This document shows positions 31,315 to 42,271 of a DNA stretch of 64,000 nt, in pieces. The DNA is from a virus. A program made the translations under genes and the position numbers. The notes under the pieces were generated by a model, which saw nothing but the letters and a program-made list of their open reading frames with translations, was not told the DNA's origin and did not search any database. The DNA is taken from IMG/VR virus record IMGVR_UViG_3300027741_000020. One strand, 5' to 3'. Position 1 is the first letter of the stretch. Every line of letters starts with the position of its first letter.

Positions 31315-32171
31315 TGAAAGGATTGGTAGATATATTAAAAGAATTTATAACTAAACCAACAATCGGCGTTTGGAATGGTAGACAAGTTGAATTTGGCAAA
31401 GTATATACTGACCCAATGTTCAATGCATTTGCTGCGCCTATAAATGAAGATGAATTACCAAAGGGTAAGAAACTACGTGTGTTTGATTTTGATGATACAC
31501 TTGTGACCACCGACTCACATATATACGTTACGCATGGCGATGGTAAGAAATCAACATTAACGCCAGGACAATATGCAATATACGATGCAAAAAAAGATGA
31601 TAAGTTTGACTTCTCTGATTTTGAAAAGGTGAAACAACCGCAGGAAATCAAAGGTGTAACAAAATTATTAAGAACAATACATGCAGCAGAAGGAGATAGA
31701 AAGACCGTAATACTTACAGCAAGAGGCGCATATAAGCCTGTTAAACAATACCTAAAAGATATTGGACTAGATGGTATATATGTAATAGCATTAGCAGATG
31801 GCAATCCCCAAAAGAAAGCAGATTGGATTTCCGATAAAATAAAAACAGGGTATAATGATGTATTCTTTATTGATGACTCTCATAAAAACGTATCAGCAGT
31901 ACATGCATTAAAAAAGCAACATCCGGATATAAAATTAAAGGTAAGAACAGTTAGACACGAAATGCCCGCTATGCCGGCTATGGTTGATAAAACAGGTGCA
32001 AAATCTAAAAATGATGTAACTAAACTAAAATCGATGGTGCCAAAATCTGCATTAGATAGAAAAGTTAAAAACCCAGATACGGGTCGTGAAATAAAAGTAA
32101 CATCCGCATTGGGATATGATAAAAATTCATCAGTATATAAAGCAGCAGTACGATCATTAAAAACAAAATAA
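31314..32171 (+). CDS. HAD-family phosphatase
   Basis: VFDFDDTLV; ILTAR; FIDDS. Confidence 0.8.
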   Translation: MKGLVDILKEFITKPTIGVWNGRQVEFGKVYTDPMFNAFAAPINEDELPKGKKLRVFDFDDTLVTTDSHIYVTHGDGKKSTLTPGQYAIYDAKKDDKFDFSDFEKVKQPQEIKGVTKLLRTIHAAEGDRKTVILTARGAYKPVKQYLKDIGLDGIYVIALADGNPQKKADWISDKIKTGYNDVFFIDDSHKNVSAVHALKKQHPDIKLKVRTVRHEMPAMPAMVDKTGAKSKNDVTKLKSMVPKSALDRKVKNPDTGREIKVTSALGYDKNSSVYKAAVRSLKTK

Positions 32172-32191
32172 TTAATTTAATAAGATAGGTT

Positions 32192-32626
32192 ATGAAAAAT
32201 TCGCAAATCTACTGGCTCATTGGTCAACCAGTTAGTGGAAAGACAACTGTGGCGAAACGTTTACAATTTTGGTTGCAAACCGATAAACGTAATTGGCGTA
32301 AGACGGTATTCCATATAGACGAGGAGCAAATTAAAAAAACATATAATCTAATTGAATACGCCGATATTGACCAAATGTGTTTCAATATTGGTAAATATAT
32401 AAATTTAAACGGTAGTGATGTTATAATTTCGACTACATCACCAATTAGAAATCTACGTGAAAAATATAAATCAGAATACGATATTAAAGAAATCTACTGT
32501 CATAATAGTAAAAATAAAACGGCAATAATTGAAAACTATGAGCCTCCTATTTCATTCTTTGTTGATTTGGATACAACAAATTCAATAGATGAAACGTTTA
32601 AAAAACTCTTAAAGGTTTTAATTTAA
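32192..32626 (+). CDS. APS-kinase-like P-loop protein (possibly degenerate)
   Basis: WLIGQPVSGKTT; YEPP...LDTT. Confidence 0.6.
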   Translation: MKNSQIYWLIGQPVSGKTTVAKRLQFWLQTDKRNWRKTVFHIDEEQIKKTYNLIEYADIDQMCFNIGKYINLNGSDVIISTTSPIRNLREKYKSEYDIKEIYCHNSKNKTAIIENYEPPISFFVDLDTTNSIDETFKKLLKVLI

Positions 32627-32658
32627 TTTGGAATATTCGGATTTTATTCGTATATTTG
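32627..32658 (+). promoter_or_regulatory. Bacteroidota-type promoter
   Basis: TTTG (32627-30), 20-nt spacer, TATATTTG (32651-58). Confidence 0.7.
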
Positions 32659-32664
32659 TTAATT

Positions 32665-33261
32665 ATGGCATTACAAGGTTATTGGGTTGAGGAAACTACA
32701 TTCAATCATACAGTTAGAAAATTTCTCAAAAAATGGCATTATTCTGATTATGTCAACATCCAATCAAAACATACATTCTGTCTTTTTAAAGTAGGCAATT
32801 TTGGAATACCAGAAATGGTAGGTGTGTGTATTTACACAAGACCAGCTGGACCAACGGCAGCGCAGAGTTATTATCCCGAAGCACCTGATAGGGTATTGGA
32901 ACTTCGTAGATTGTGTCTAATAGATGCAACGCCCAAAAACGCAGAATCATTTTTTGTATCACGAACAATTAAATGGTTGAAGAAAAATTCCAAATGGGAG
33001 TTTATACTATCCTATGCAGATATGGAACAAGGACATAGTGGAGTTATATATAGAGCATCAAATTTTGAATATCTCGGTGTGACTGGAGTTGGAAAGACTT
33101 TAGAAGTTGATGGCAAACGTTTTCATATAAGAACTTTATCAATGTTAGACCGACCTTATGGCGTAGAAATCAATCGTAGATATAAACAAAAAGACCCAAA
33201 TGTCAAAGTATTGGAAACGTTGCCAAAAAATATTTTTATTTATAAATTAAAGAAAAAATAA
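32665..33261 (+). CDS. mom: Mom-like adenine-modification acetyltransferase
   Basis: GVCIYTRP, ELRRLC...PKNAESFFVS, LSYADMEQGHSGVIYRASNFEYLG. Confidence 0.8.
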   Translation: MALQGYWVEETTFNHTVRKFLKKWHYSDYVNIQSKHTFCLFKVGNFGIPEMVGVCIYTRPAGPTAAQSYYPEAPDRVLELRRLCLIDATPKNAESFFVSRTIKWLKKNSKWEFILSYADMEQGHSGVIYRASNFEYLGVTGVGKTLEVDGKRFHIRTLSMLDRPYGVEINRRYKQKDPNVKVLETLPKNIFIYKLKKK

Positions 33262-33303
33262 AATTTGATATACTTATAAGTAACAAGATAAATAGTTATT
33301 AGT

Positions 33304-33870
33304 ATGGAAGAACAAAGTGAAGGATTTTTTCCGAACCTGGAAAATCGAATTACAAAACGTGGATTGGGAGCTCGCCCAATTCTGCAAGAGCAAATAAAAG
33401 CAGCACAAGCTAAATCAAGATCAGCATTAGAGACAGCAAGAACATTGGGTATATCATACAATACCTATAAGAAATATGCAAGACTTTATGGGATATTTGA
33501 AGATTTAAAAAACCCTCGAGGAATTGGTATTGATAGAAAAGTTGGTATAAGAAATAATAAGTATCATATTGAAGATTTAATTGATGGTAAGCATTTACGT
33601 TATCCTTTGCATAAATTTAAAAACAAACTATTCGATAGTGGATATATACCAAAGGCATGTGGAAGCTGTGGATTTGGCGAAGAAAGAATCACAGATGGCA
33701 AGATGCCTTTATTGATAGACTTTTTGGATGGAAACTTAAATAATAGAAAATTAGATAATATCAGACCACTCTGTTACAATTGCTTCTTCTTATTAGTTGG
33801 AGAACGTAATGTAAAAAATTGGTATGAAGAAAATGGAATACCAGATGAAGAAGAACTCTCCGATAGATAA
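33304..33870 (+). CDS. HTH plus HNH-fold protein (catalytic His apparently missing)
   Basis: ETARTLGISYNTY HTH; CGSCG...LIDFLDGNLNN...NIRPLCYNC. Confidence 0.7.
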   Translation: MEEQSEGFFPNLENRITKRGLGARPILQEQIKAAQAKSRSALETARTLGISYNTYKKYARLYGIFEDLKNPRGIGIDRKVGIRNNKYHIEDLIDGKHLRYPLHKFKNKLFDSGYIPKACGSCGFGEERITDGKMPLLIDFLDGNLNNRKLDNIRPLCYNCFFLLVGERNVKNWYEENGIPDEEELSDR

Positions 33871-34027
33871 GCCAACAAAATTTGAACGAATATTTGAAGA
33901 TGAAGATTGTAAGTCGATTTGGAAATATGACCTTGCAAAGCAACCAAACGGACCAATATCAGTAGAATACTCATACAAAGCCCATATGTATAAAGCATGG
34001 GAGTTATATAGAAAGCGTGGAAGATAA
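33824..34027 (+). CDS. Hypothetical protein
   Basis: 67-aa ORF overlapping the upstream stop region. Confidence 0.6.
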   Translation: MKKMEYQMKKNSPIDKPTKFERIFEDEDCKSIWKYDLAKQPNGPISVEYSYKAHMYKAWELYRKRGR

Positions 34028-34059
34028 CTACATATAGAAAAAAGAAGAATCTAAATAAA

Positions 34060-34091
34060 TTTGGTAGCTTCAAAAATTATCATTATATTTA
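34060..34091 (+). promoter_or_regulatory. Bacteroidota-type promoter
   Basis: TTTG (34060-63), 20-nt spacer, TATATTTA (34084-91). Confidence 0.65.
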
Positions 34092-34150
34092 CATAGTAAA
34101 CGAAATAAAAGTAGTTTAACAAACAATTTTTTAACAAAACAAAAACAAAA

Positions 34151-34684
34151 ATGAAAAGAGGATTTAAAGTAGGTATTTTAGCAATAACAATGTTATTGGC
34201 TGTAATAACCGGAGTGAACGCTCAGAAAGGTTCAAAAATCGTAAGTGGTACGGTATCGTATTCAAAAGCAACTGATGTAAAAGCATCTTATAGTATCAAC
34301 CCGTTGGTTGGATATTTTGTAACTGATAAAGTTTCAGTAGGTGTATTGGGTTCTTTTGGCGAAACCGCAACTGAAACAACTACAAATGTAGGTGTATTTG
34401 CAAGATGCGTATTCTTAAACATTGGACAACACTGTCACGTGTTTTCGCAAGTAGATTTGACTAGTAATTCATCAAAAGTAGCAGGTGTTAAATCAACATC
34501 AACATCAGCTAATTTAGGATTGGTAGCAAATTATTCAGTTACCAAACATTTAGGACTTACAATGCATGTAGCCGATTTAATCAGTTATAAAAGCGCTGAA
34601 GGTAGCTCAGTAACAACTATTGGATTTACCGGAGTAACAAACCCATTTGCAACAGCAAAATTCGGTGTTATCTATAAGTTTTAA
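34151..34684 (+). CDS. Outer-membrane beta-barrel protein (Bacteroidota OMP-like)
   Basis: Signal peptide ending VNA-Q; alternating beta strands (VGYFVTDKVSVG); C-terminal Phe. Confidence 0.82.
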   Translation: MKRGFKVGILAITMLLAVITGVNAQKGSKIVSGTVSYSKATDVKASYSINPLVGYFVTDKVSVGVLGSFGETATETTTNVGVFARCVFLNIGQHCHVFSQVDLTSNSSKVAGVKSTSTSANLGLVANYSVTKHLGLTMHVADLISYKSAEGSSVTTIGFTGVTNPFATAKFGVIYKF

Positions 34685-34707
34685 TTATTACACATATTAA
34701 GAAAATT

Positions 34708-34735
34708 TGGGAGAACGTAAGTTTTCCCATTTTTG
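34708..34735 (+). terminator. Intrinsic terminator
   Basis: TGGGAGAAC-GTAA-GTTTTCCCA followed by TTTTT. Confidence 0.8.
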
Positions 34736-34789
34736 TTTGGTAAATTCAAAAATTATCATTATTTTTAAAAACAAAGCAAAATAAAATAA

Positions 34790-36409
<1,620 letters not shown>

Positions 36410-36437
36410 TAAATTTTAAACAATAAAACAACAAAAT

Positions 36438-36644
36438 ATGGCAAAGTATTACGCAGTTACTGTAGCAGTAGAAATAGAAGATGCTAAAGGTAAGATTAAA
36501 AAACAAAAAGAACAATATTTGGTAGATGCTATGTCCTGTACCGAAGCTGAAGCAAAGTTGGTAAAAAAATTCACAAAAGAGGCAGTCCAGCTGGAGTATC
36601 AAGTTGAGAAAGTTTCAGAAACAAAAATCATAGAAATAATCTAA
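36438..36644 (+). CDS. DUF4494-like small Bacteroidota protein
   Basis: EQYLVDAMSCTEAEAK pattern (family name from recall). Confidence 0.7.
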   Translation: MAKYYAVTVAVEIEDAKGKIKKQKEQYLVDAMSCTEAEAKLVKKFTKEAVQLEYQVEKVSETKIIEII

Positions 36645-36645
36645 T

Positions 36646-36894
36646 ATGGAAACGGAAATCAAAGAGCAAAAAGAAATTGTACTTAAACGAGTTCCTCCAG
36701 GAGATAAATGGGTCTTCGCAGCAGAGAGGGGTGGGATAGTTTTCCCATCCCTAACTGATGCTTTGGAGGGTTGGTATCAAACAAATGGTGATACTAGATT
36801 CTATATAGATGCACGTAGTGGAACTGTAGAAATTATTACAGAGCAAGAAGTTGAAAAGCCTTTAAAAAGATTTTCGCTATATGGTGAGGATTAA
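36646..36894 (+). CDS. Hypothetical protein
   Basis: 82-aa ORF; KRVPPGDKW. Confidence 0.7.
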   Translation: METEIKEQKEIVLKRVPPGDKWVFAAERGGIVFPSLTDALEGWYQTNGDTRFYIDARSGTVEIITEQEVEKPLKRFSLYGED

Positions 36895-36947
36895 AGATAA
36901 AACTTTATATTTATATAAAAATATTTGTAAAGTAAAACATCTTAAAA

Positions 36948-37079
36948 ATGGCAAAGGCAAAAGTTTCTAACGGATCATCTAATAAAGTTAGTTTTGGCAA
37001 AAGAAAAACAGGTAGTGCACAAAAAAGCTATAACAAACATACATCAAAACCAAAAGACTATAGAGGTCAAGGTAGATAA
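36948..37079 (+). CDS. Small basic protein (43 aa)
   Basis: Manual translation MAKAKVSNG...KDYRGQGR; follows ATATTTATA at 36907. Confidence 0.6.
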   Translation: MAKAKVSNGSSNKVSFGKRKTGSAQKSYNKHTSKPKDYRGQGR

Positions 37080-37081
37080 TT

Positions 37082-38134
37082 ATGAATACAATAGAAAGAA
37101 AATTATATAACTTTATTAATGAAGATGATGTTGTTAAAAACAAAAAGACAGGTAATGTCTATAAAGTTAAACAATTCGACCCTTCAAAGCACGATAAACC
37201 AACACCAGCGGAAGTAGAAAAAACAAAAGCTGCAAATGGTGGTAAATTGCCAGTAGGAGATAAGCCAAAACCAAAGCAACCGGCACCAAACGCTAAACCA
37301 AGTAACAAACCAGAACCTACTAAAATTGGAGCTGCAGATTTTAAAACATCTGCTGAAACGGATAAAAGTGGTAATGCAGAAACTTCAAAGTTAAAAGCAT
37401 TAATGCCTGGAATGGATACAACCAAAAAGGGATTGGCTGATATTTCACCGATTGAACGTCAAAAGATTTCAGCAAAGATTGATGAATTGGCCAAATTGGG
37501 TGCAGAAGCAAAAGCAAAGGGTGAGAAGGCTCCCAATTATAATTTGTGTAAGGTAACTATACCTGGAACAAACCTCTATTGTGAGGGAAATAAAGGTATT
37601 GATAGAGCGGATATGCCACAATTCAAAGGTACACCTCGACCAGGCTCACCAGCGGATAAACTTCCAAAGGATGAAAACGGTGAAGCAGATACAGAAGAGT
37701 TTTTCAAAAAAATGTTAAACGATAAAGGTATCAAAGTATCAGAACCAGCAGCAGTACCGGCCGACCGTTTAAAAGCAACTCAATCTGAATTAGTTGGAGT
37801 TAAAGTTGCCGGAATGAGTAAGGTATTGGATAACCCAGACCATCCGGCATATAAGAAAATAACAGCTCCTATCTATGTAAGTAACGATGGGTATGTATTA
37901 GATGGGCACCATCGTTGGGCAGCAGTAGTTGCGCATAACGCAGCAAACCCTGATAAGCAAATTGATATGAATGTAAGAGTTATCGACCAACCAATTAAAC
38001 CGCTTGTAAAAACTTCAAATGATTTCGCTGAGCACATTGGTATTCGGGCCAAAGCAGCTGATACCGGAGCCGGAGGCGGACCTGCTCCAATTGCGGAAAA
38101 AAGATATTTTAAATTATCTTCTTTTTTGAAATAG
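37082..38134 (+). CDS. ParB/Srx-like domain protein
   Basis: LKATQSEL...IYVSNDGYVLDGHHRWAA; Pro/Lys-rich N-terminal part. Confidence 0.8.
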   Translation: MNTIERKLYNFINEDDVVKNKKTGNVYKVKQFDPSKHDKPTPAEVEKTKAANGGKLPVGDKPKPKQPAPNAKPSNKPEPTKIGAADFKTSAETDKSGNAETSKLKALMPGMDTTKKGLADISPIERQKISAKIDELAKLGAEAKAKGEKAPNYNLCKVTIPGTNLYCEGNKGIDRADMPQFKGTPRPGSPADKLPKDENGEADTEEFFKKMLNDKGIKVSEPAAVPADRLKATQSELVGVKVAGMSKVLDNPDHPAYKKITAPIYVSNDGYVLDGHHRWAAVVAHNAANPDKQIDMNVRVIDQPIKPLVKTSNDFAEHIGIRAKAADTGAGGGPAPIAEKRYFKLSSFLK

Positions 38135-38220
38135 ATTTTATATTTATATTAAACAACTTAATTTGGTTATATTTGCGAAAGCAGGTATAACCATTTTTTA
38201 TTTATACTAATAGCAATATT

Positions 38221-38787
38221 ATGGAAAACAATAAACCGACTGGATTTAGAGATTTATTAAGCGCAATGATGAAACGTAGGTGGTACATTACCGCTATGGT
38301 TTTGGGTGGGTTTATATTAATCATTGGTGGCATATTTGCGGCAATCACATCGCAAACTCCAATGGCAGCAGCTTGGAAAGAGTTGTTAATGTTATTGCTA
38401 GGTGCATTTATTGGTTCTTATGGTAAAATTATAGATTACTGGTTTAGCGATACTGATAAAGATAAAATGTTAGTACAAAAAATGGATGAAGAAGATGGTG
38501 TATCATTATCTCATACAAACGATATGAAGGAAACTAACAAACCATTTGCCCCACTTATGCCAGATGCATTTGTAGTAGGAGCTCAAGCAGCAAGGGAGTT
38601 AGCAGTAGTAGAAAATAGACAAGAGTTTGAATTAGTAAAAGACCAACAAGAGCACAAACAAAAAATGGAAGAGTTGGAATTTGAATATCATACGCATAGA
38701 CAATGTGAACACGAATGGGCCGATGAAGACCACGATGGGCATGAAGAATGTATTAAATGTGGACTTTTTAGACCATCTGAAAAATAA
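38221..38787 (+). CDS. Membrane protein (2 TM) with C-terminal His/Cys motif
   Basis: Two hydrophobic helices; CEHEW...CIKCG. Confidence 0.75.
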   Translation: MENNKPTGFRDLLSAMMKRRWYITAMVLGGFILIIGGIFAAITSQTPMAAAWKELLMLLLGAFIGSYGKIIDYWFSDTDKDKMLVQKMDEEDGVSLSHTNDMKETNKPFAPLMPDAFVVGAQAARELAVVENRQEFELVKDQQEHKQKMEELEFEYHTHRQCEHEWADEDHDGHEECIKCGLFRPSEK

Positions 38788-38812
38788 TTTATAATAAAAT
38801 AAATATAAACCT

Positions 38813-39067
38813 ATGGATTTCAAACAATGGATAATTGACCTTTTCAAAGATGAACGGGGTTCAACATCAATAAAACCGGTAGTTGCATTTGTTGGCGCAT
38901 TATTTCTATGTGGAACAATGTTGGCTAATAGTTTTACAGAAGAACATTTTAAACCAGCTGATAATTTAGTAAACGCAGTTATGGTTATCACAGCAATCGG
39001 AATGGGAGCAGATAGCTTGGACAAGTTTACTCATAAAAAGGTTAAAGAAGAAAAAACGGAAGAATAA
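38813..39067 (+). CDS. Small 2-TM protein (holin-like candidate)
   Basis: Two TM helices and charged C-terminus. Confidence 0.6.
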   Translation: MDFKQWIIDLFKDERGSTSIKPVVAFVGALFLCGTMLANSFTEEHFKPADNLVNAVMVITAIGMGADSLDKFTHKKVKEEKTEE

Positions 39068-39110
39068 TAGGTTAATATAAGGGTTACTATAACTTTTAAA
39101 TTGACTTGAA

Positions 39111-39500
39111 ATGGATGATTTAAGTAAATTCATTCCTCTATTTTTTGGAGGTGGATGGATTGTATTACTTATTGGAGCAGCCGGAATGATAGCTAGACTT
39201 GCGACAAGTAAAAACCCAGAGGATAAAACCCCTGGACATATTGTTGGCAATATTGCTGCGGCAATGATTGCTTCACTAATTGCTTGGTTTATATTAGAGC
39301 AATTTGAAGTAGCATCTATGTATAAGGCTATTATTTATGGTATGGTGGGATTGAACTCACCCGAAATATTAACAGGCATAATAAAAATATCAACTAATTT
39401 TGCTAATAATCCAGCGGAGTTTCTTAAAAATATAAAAACAGGTGGTGCACCTCCTACTAAAAAAGTAACTAAAAAGACAACAAGAACAAAACACGGTTAA
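39111..39500 (+). CDS. Membrane protein (3 TM) with basic tail
   Basis: Three hydrophobic segments; KKVTKKTTRTK tail. Confidence 0.7.
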   Translation: MDDLSKFIPLFFGGGWIVLLIGAAGMIARLATSKNPEDKTPGHIVGNIAAAMIASLIAWFILEQFEVASMYKAIIYGMVGLNSPEILTGIIKISTNFANNPAEFLKNIKTGGAPPTKKVTKKTTRTKHG

Positions 39501-39501
39501 T

Positions 39502-40230
39502 ATGAAAAGTTCTACAATAATGATTATTCTTACGGCAATCATAGTTGCTGTAGCATCTTTTGGTAAATATGTTGATGGTAAAATACACGCATCGGCAACT
39601 ACAATACTTGAAGACCGATTAAAACCCGGCCCACTCCTATCGCATAGATTTGATTATTATGGCACATATATTGATGATGCGTTCTCAGCCAATATAAGTA
39701 ATATAGATACTTTACTTGCTCATAAAGCTGATATACTAAAAGCAAGAGAAAGTACGGGAAAAGATTGGAAATCATATCTTGCTACATATTTGGTACCGGA
39801 AGAAGATTCGGTTGCGCATTTGGCCGATAAAGAAATGCAAGAACTTGATAAGAAAATTGATGCACTATTCGATTTAGCAGTATCAGATAAAATCGCAGCA
39901 CAAAAACTATTAGATGAAAGTCACATTAAAGAATCAATACCATCGATTACAAATAAAGTAAACTGGTTAACTGATTTGCAAACTAGAGTTGGACAAGAAG
40001 AGACTGTAAAAATGTTATCACTAATAGCAACATTTGATAATTTTATGGTTGGAGCATTGGCATTAGCAGTAATGTTAGCCGGTTCAATCATATACTCAAT
40101 TATTAGAGATAGGAGGGAAAAACAACCAGTAAAGAAAGCAACCAAAAAGACGGTTACAAAAAAGAAAACAGCAACTAAAAACCCAGTTACTAATAAAAAA
40201 CCTATTAAAAAACCAACAAATAAAAAGTAA
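39502..40230 (+). CDS. TM / four-helix-bundle sensor-like domain / TM protein with basic tail
   Basis: ILEDRLKP and WKSYLATYLVPEE resemble MCP four-helix-bundle ligand-binding domains; no signalling domain follows. Confidence 0.6.
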   Translation: MKSSTIMIILTAIIVAVASFGKYVDGKIHASATTILEDRLKPGPLLSHRFDYYGTYIDDAFSANISNIDTLLAHKADILKARESTGKDWKSYLATYLVPEEDSVAHLADKEMQELDKKIDALFDLAVSDKIAAQKLLDESHIKESIPSITNKVNWLTDLQTRVGQEETVKMLSLIATFDNFMVGALALAVMLAGSIIYSIIRDRREKQPVKKATKKTVTKKKTATKNPVTNKKPIKKPTNKK

Positions 40231-40231
40231 C

Positions 40232-40630
40232 ATGTCAGCAACAAAGCACGAAGAAAAAACATTAGAATTAGAAAAAACAATCGCTATTGATAAAGGTAAA
40301 TCGGAATTAGTAGAAAAATTAGTATTTATTTTATTTCCGGTATGCGTATCAGCAATAGGTTGGCTACTTACTCAAGTAAATGAATTAAGTGATAAGGTAA
40401 CAGTACTACAAAATAAAGTTAATATCGTTGTTAATGCTGAGAATAAAGCAATTCCACCTCAAGGAACTACTATTGAATTGGAAACTCTTAGAGCAGCTGC
40501 GGCACAAGCAAGGGCGGACATGAAAATGGAGATTTCTGACAAGATTACATCAGTTCAAATCAATGCAATGCAAGAAAGGGCAGATATTAAAGCACGTTTA
40601 AGTGTTCTTGAATCACATCAAAAAAAATAA
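40232..40630 (+). CDS. Single-TM coiled-coil protein
   Basis: LVFILFPVCVSAIGWLL followed by heptads. Confidence 0.7.
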   Translation: MSATKHEEKTLELEKTIAIDKGKSELVEKLVFILFPVCVSAIGWLLTQVNELSDKVTVLQNKVNIVVNAENKAIPPQGTTIELETLRAAAAQARADMKMEISDKITSVQINAMQERADIKARLSVLESHQKK

Positions 40631-40636
40631 TTAAAA

Positions 40637-41074
40637 ATGAAAAAATTAATATTAGCAATATTTTTATTAATAAGTTCAGTAGCTTACTCACAAAAATATT
40701 ATACTTATATTGGACCAAGTATAGCATTTGATACGCAATTATCAGATACTAAAAACCTAATAGGTGGATGTGTTGAAGTTGGAAAGTATTTGAATAAAGA
40801 TGTATCAATCGGACTTAGAACGGGAATATATTCTTTAAATGTAGATAATATATATACGGACTTTGTAGTTGGATTGCCAATACCAAATTCAAACTTTTCA
40901 ATTACATTGTGTGCCGGATATTTTTACAACTATAATGATATTACATTGGAATATGATTTTAATTATAGTATTAAATTACCAAAGAATAAATCAATAGTGA
41001 TAACTTACGGAGCTCAAAGTGCATTTGGACTTACAACGAATAGTTTTTCATTTGGAATTAATAAAGACTTTTAA
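40637..41074 (+). CDS. Secreted / outer-membrane beta-barrel-like protein
   Basis: Signal peptide ending AYS-Q; beta-strand pattern; C-terminal Phe. Confidence 0.65.
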   Translation: MKKLILAIFLLISSVAYSQKYYTYIGPSIAFDTQLSDTKNLIGGCVEVGKYLNKDVSIGLRTGIYSLNVDNIYTDFVVGLPIPNSNFSITLCAGYFYNYNDITLEYDFNYSIKLPKNKSIVITYGAQSAFGLTTNSFSFGINKDF

Positions 41075-41095
41075 TAAATACAAAACCAATAAAAT

Positions 41096-41686
41096 ATGGA
41101 CTTACAAAAACTCAAAGGACACATTCCTGACAGTGTTATAGCTCAGATACCTGAAGTTATGACCAAATTCAAAATTGACACTGCATTAAAATTAGCACAT
41201 TTCTTATCACAATGTGGACACGAAAGTGGTGGTTTTAAATTAACACAAGAAAATCTTAACTATGGTGCAAAGGGATTGTTAGGATTATTTAAAAAGTATT
41301 TTCCAAATGAAGCATTAGCCAAGCAATATGAAAGACAACCACAAAAAATCGCTAATAGAATTTATGGTGGTAGAATGGGTAATGGTGTAGAAGCAACGGG
41401 TGATGGATGGAAGTTTCATGGTAGAGGATATATACAATTAACCGGCAAACAAAACTACGAAGCTTTTTCAAAATCAATCGGAGAAGATTGTATTGCTAAT
41501 CCAGATTTAGTAGCAACTAAATACCCATTAGCATCAGCAGCTTGGTTTTTCACACGATGTTTACCTAAATGCACCGATGCATCGGATGCGGCTGTAACAG
41601 CAGTAACTAAATGTGTAAATGGTGGTACAATCGGATTACCAGACAGATTAAAACATTTCAAAGAATATCATGCTTTATTAGCATAA
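41096..41686 (+). CDS. GH19 family endolysin
   Basis: AHFLSQCGHESGGF; GRGYIQLTGKQNY; VNGG. Confidence 0.93.
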   Translation: MDLQKLKGHIPDSVIAQIPEVMTKFKIDTALKLAHFLSQCGHESGGFKLTQENLNYGAKGLLGLFKKYFPNEALAKQYERQPQKIANRIYGGRMGNGVEATGDGWKFHGRGYIQLTGKQNYEAFSKSIGEDCIANPDLVATKYPLASAAWFFTRCLPKCTDASDAAVTAVTKCVNGGTIGLPDRLKHFKEYHALLA

Positions 41687-41723
41687 AAATACTAAAGTGC
41701 TACCTTTAGGACAATAGACCATA

Positions 41724-41751
41724 GCCCAATCCCGTAAGGTTGGGTTTTTTT
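41724..41751 (+). terminator. Intrinsic terminator after endolysin
   Basis: CCCAA...GTAA...TTGGG hairpin followed by T-run. Confidence 0.8.
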
Positions 41752-41752
41752 A

Positions 41753-41784
41753 TTTGGTATATTCAAAAAGTTTTTGTATATTCG
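41753..41784 (+). promoter_or_regulatory. Bacteroidota-type promoter
   Basis: TTTG (41753-56), 20-nt spacer, TATATTCG. Confidence 0.6.
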
Positions 41785-41788
41785 TAAT

Positions 41789-42271
41789 ATGGAAAATGAT
41801 AAGCCATTTGAATTAATATTTGAATTTTTTAATGATGGTGAAAAATATTTTGGGTGTGATATATACCGATTCGGATTAGCAGGTTATACCTATAATGCTG
41901 AAATTAATTATAGAGTAGATGAAACTAATGGTGGATATGAAATTCAGTTGTTGTATAAGACAGAAGAATATCAGTATGAGCAGGTATCTATAAAGAATGC
42001 ATTTACTTTATATAATATACTTTCTCAATGCTATTTGGCATCATTATATAAATTAGTTCCAAAAGTAAATGGCGAAGTTCCACACATTAAATTGTTTGGT
42101 GGAAAGCCTGCAAATGATGGAATGTTTGTAAACGATGAGCGAAAGAATAAAATAGCAATAAAATACATACATAGGGTTTTACCTATTAAAGAAGTATTTT
42201 TGGACTCAAATGGCAATAGTATACTTATAATAGATAAAGATGAATTATGTCAAAAACAATACATAAAATAA
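41789..42271 (+). CDS. Hypothetical protein
   Basis: ORF with ATG at 41789. Confidence 0.7.
   Translation: MENDKPFELIFEFFNDGEKYFGCDIYRFGLAGYTYNAEINYRVDETNGGYEIQLLYKTEEYQYEQVSIKNAFTLYNILSQCYLASLYKLVPKVNGEVPHIKLFGGKPANDGMFVNDERKNKIAIKYIHRVLPIKEVFLDSNGNSILIIDKDELCQKQYIK

Noticed and set aside
32192-32626. Sulfur-assimilation auxiliary gene (cysC)
   Set aside because: Only the P-loop and C-terminal remnants match, the central APS-binding motif looks degraded, and no other sulfur genes are nearby.
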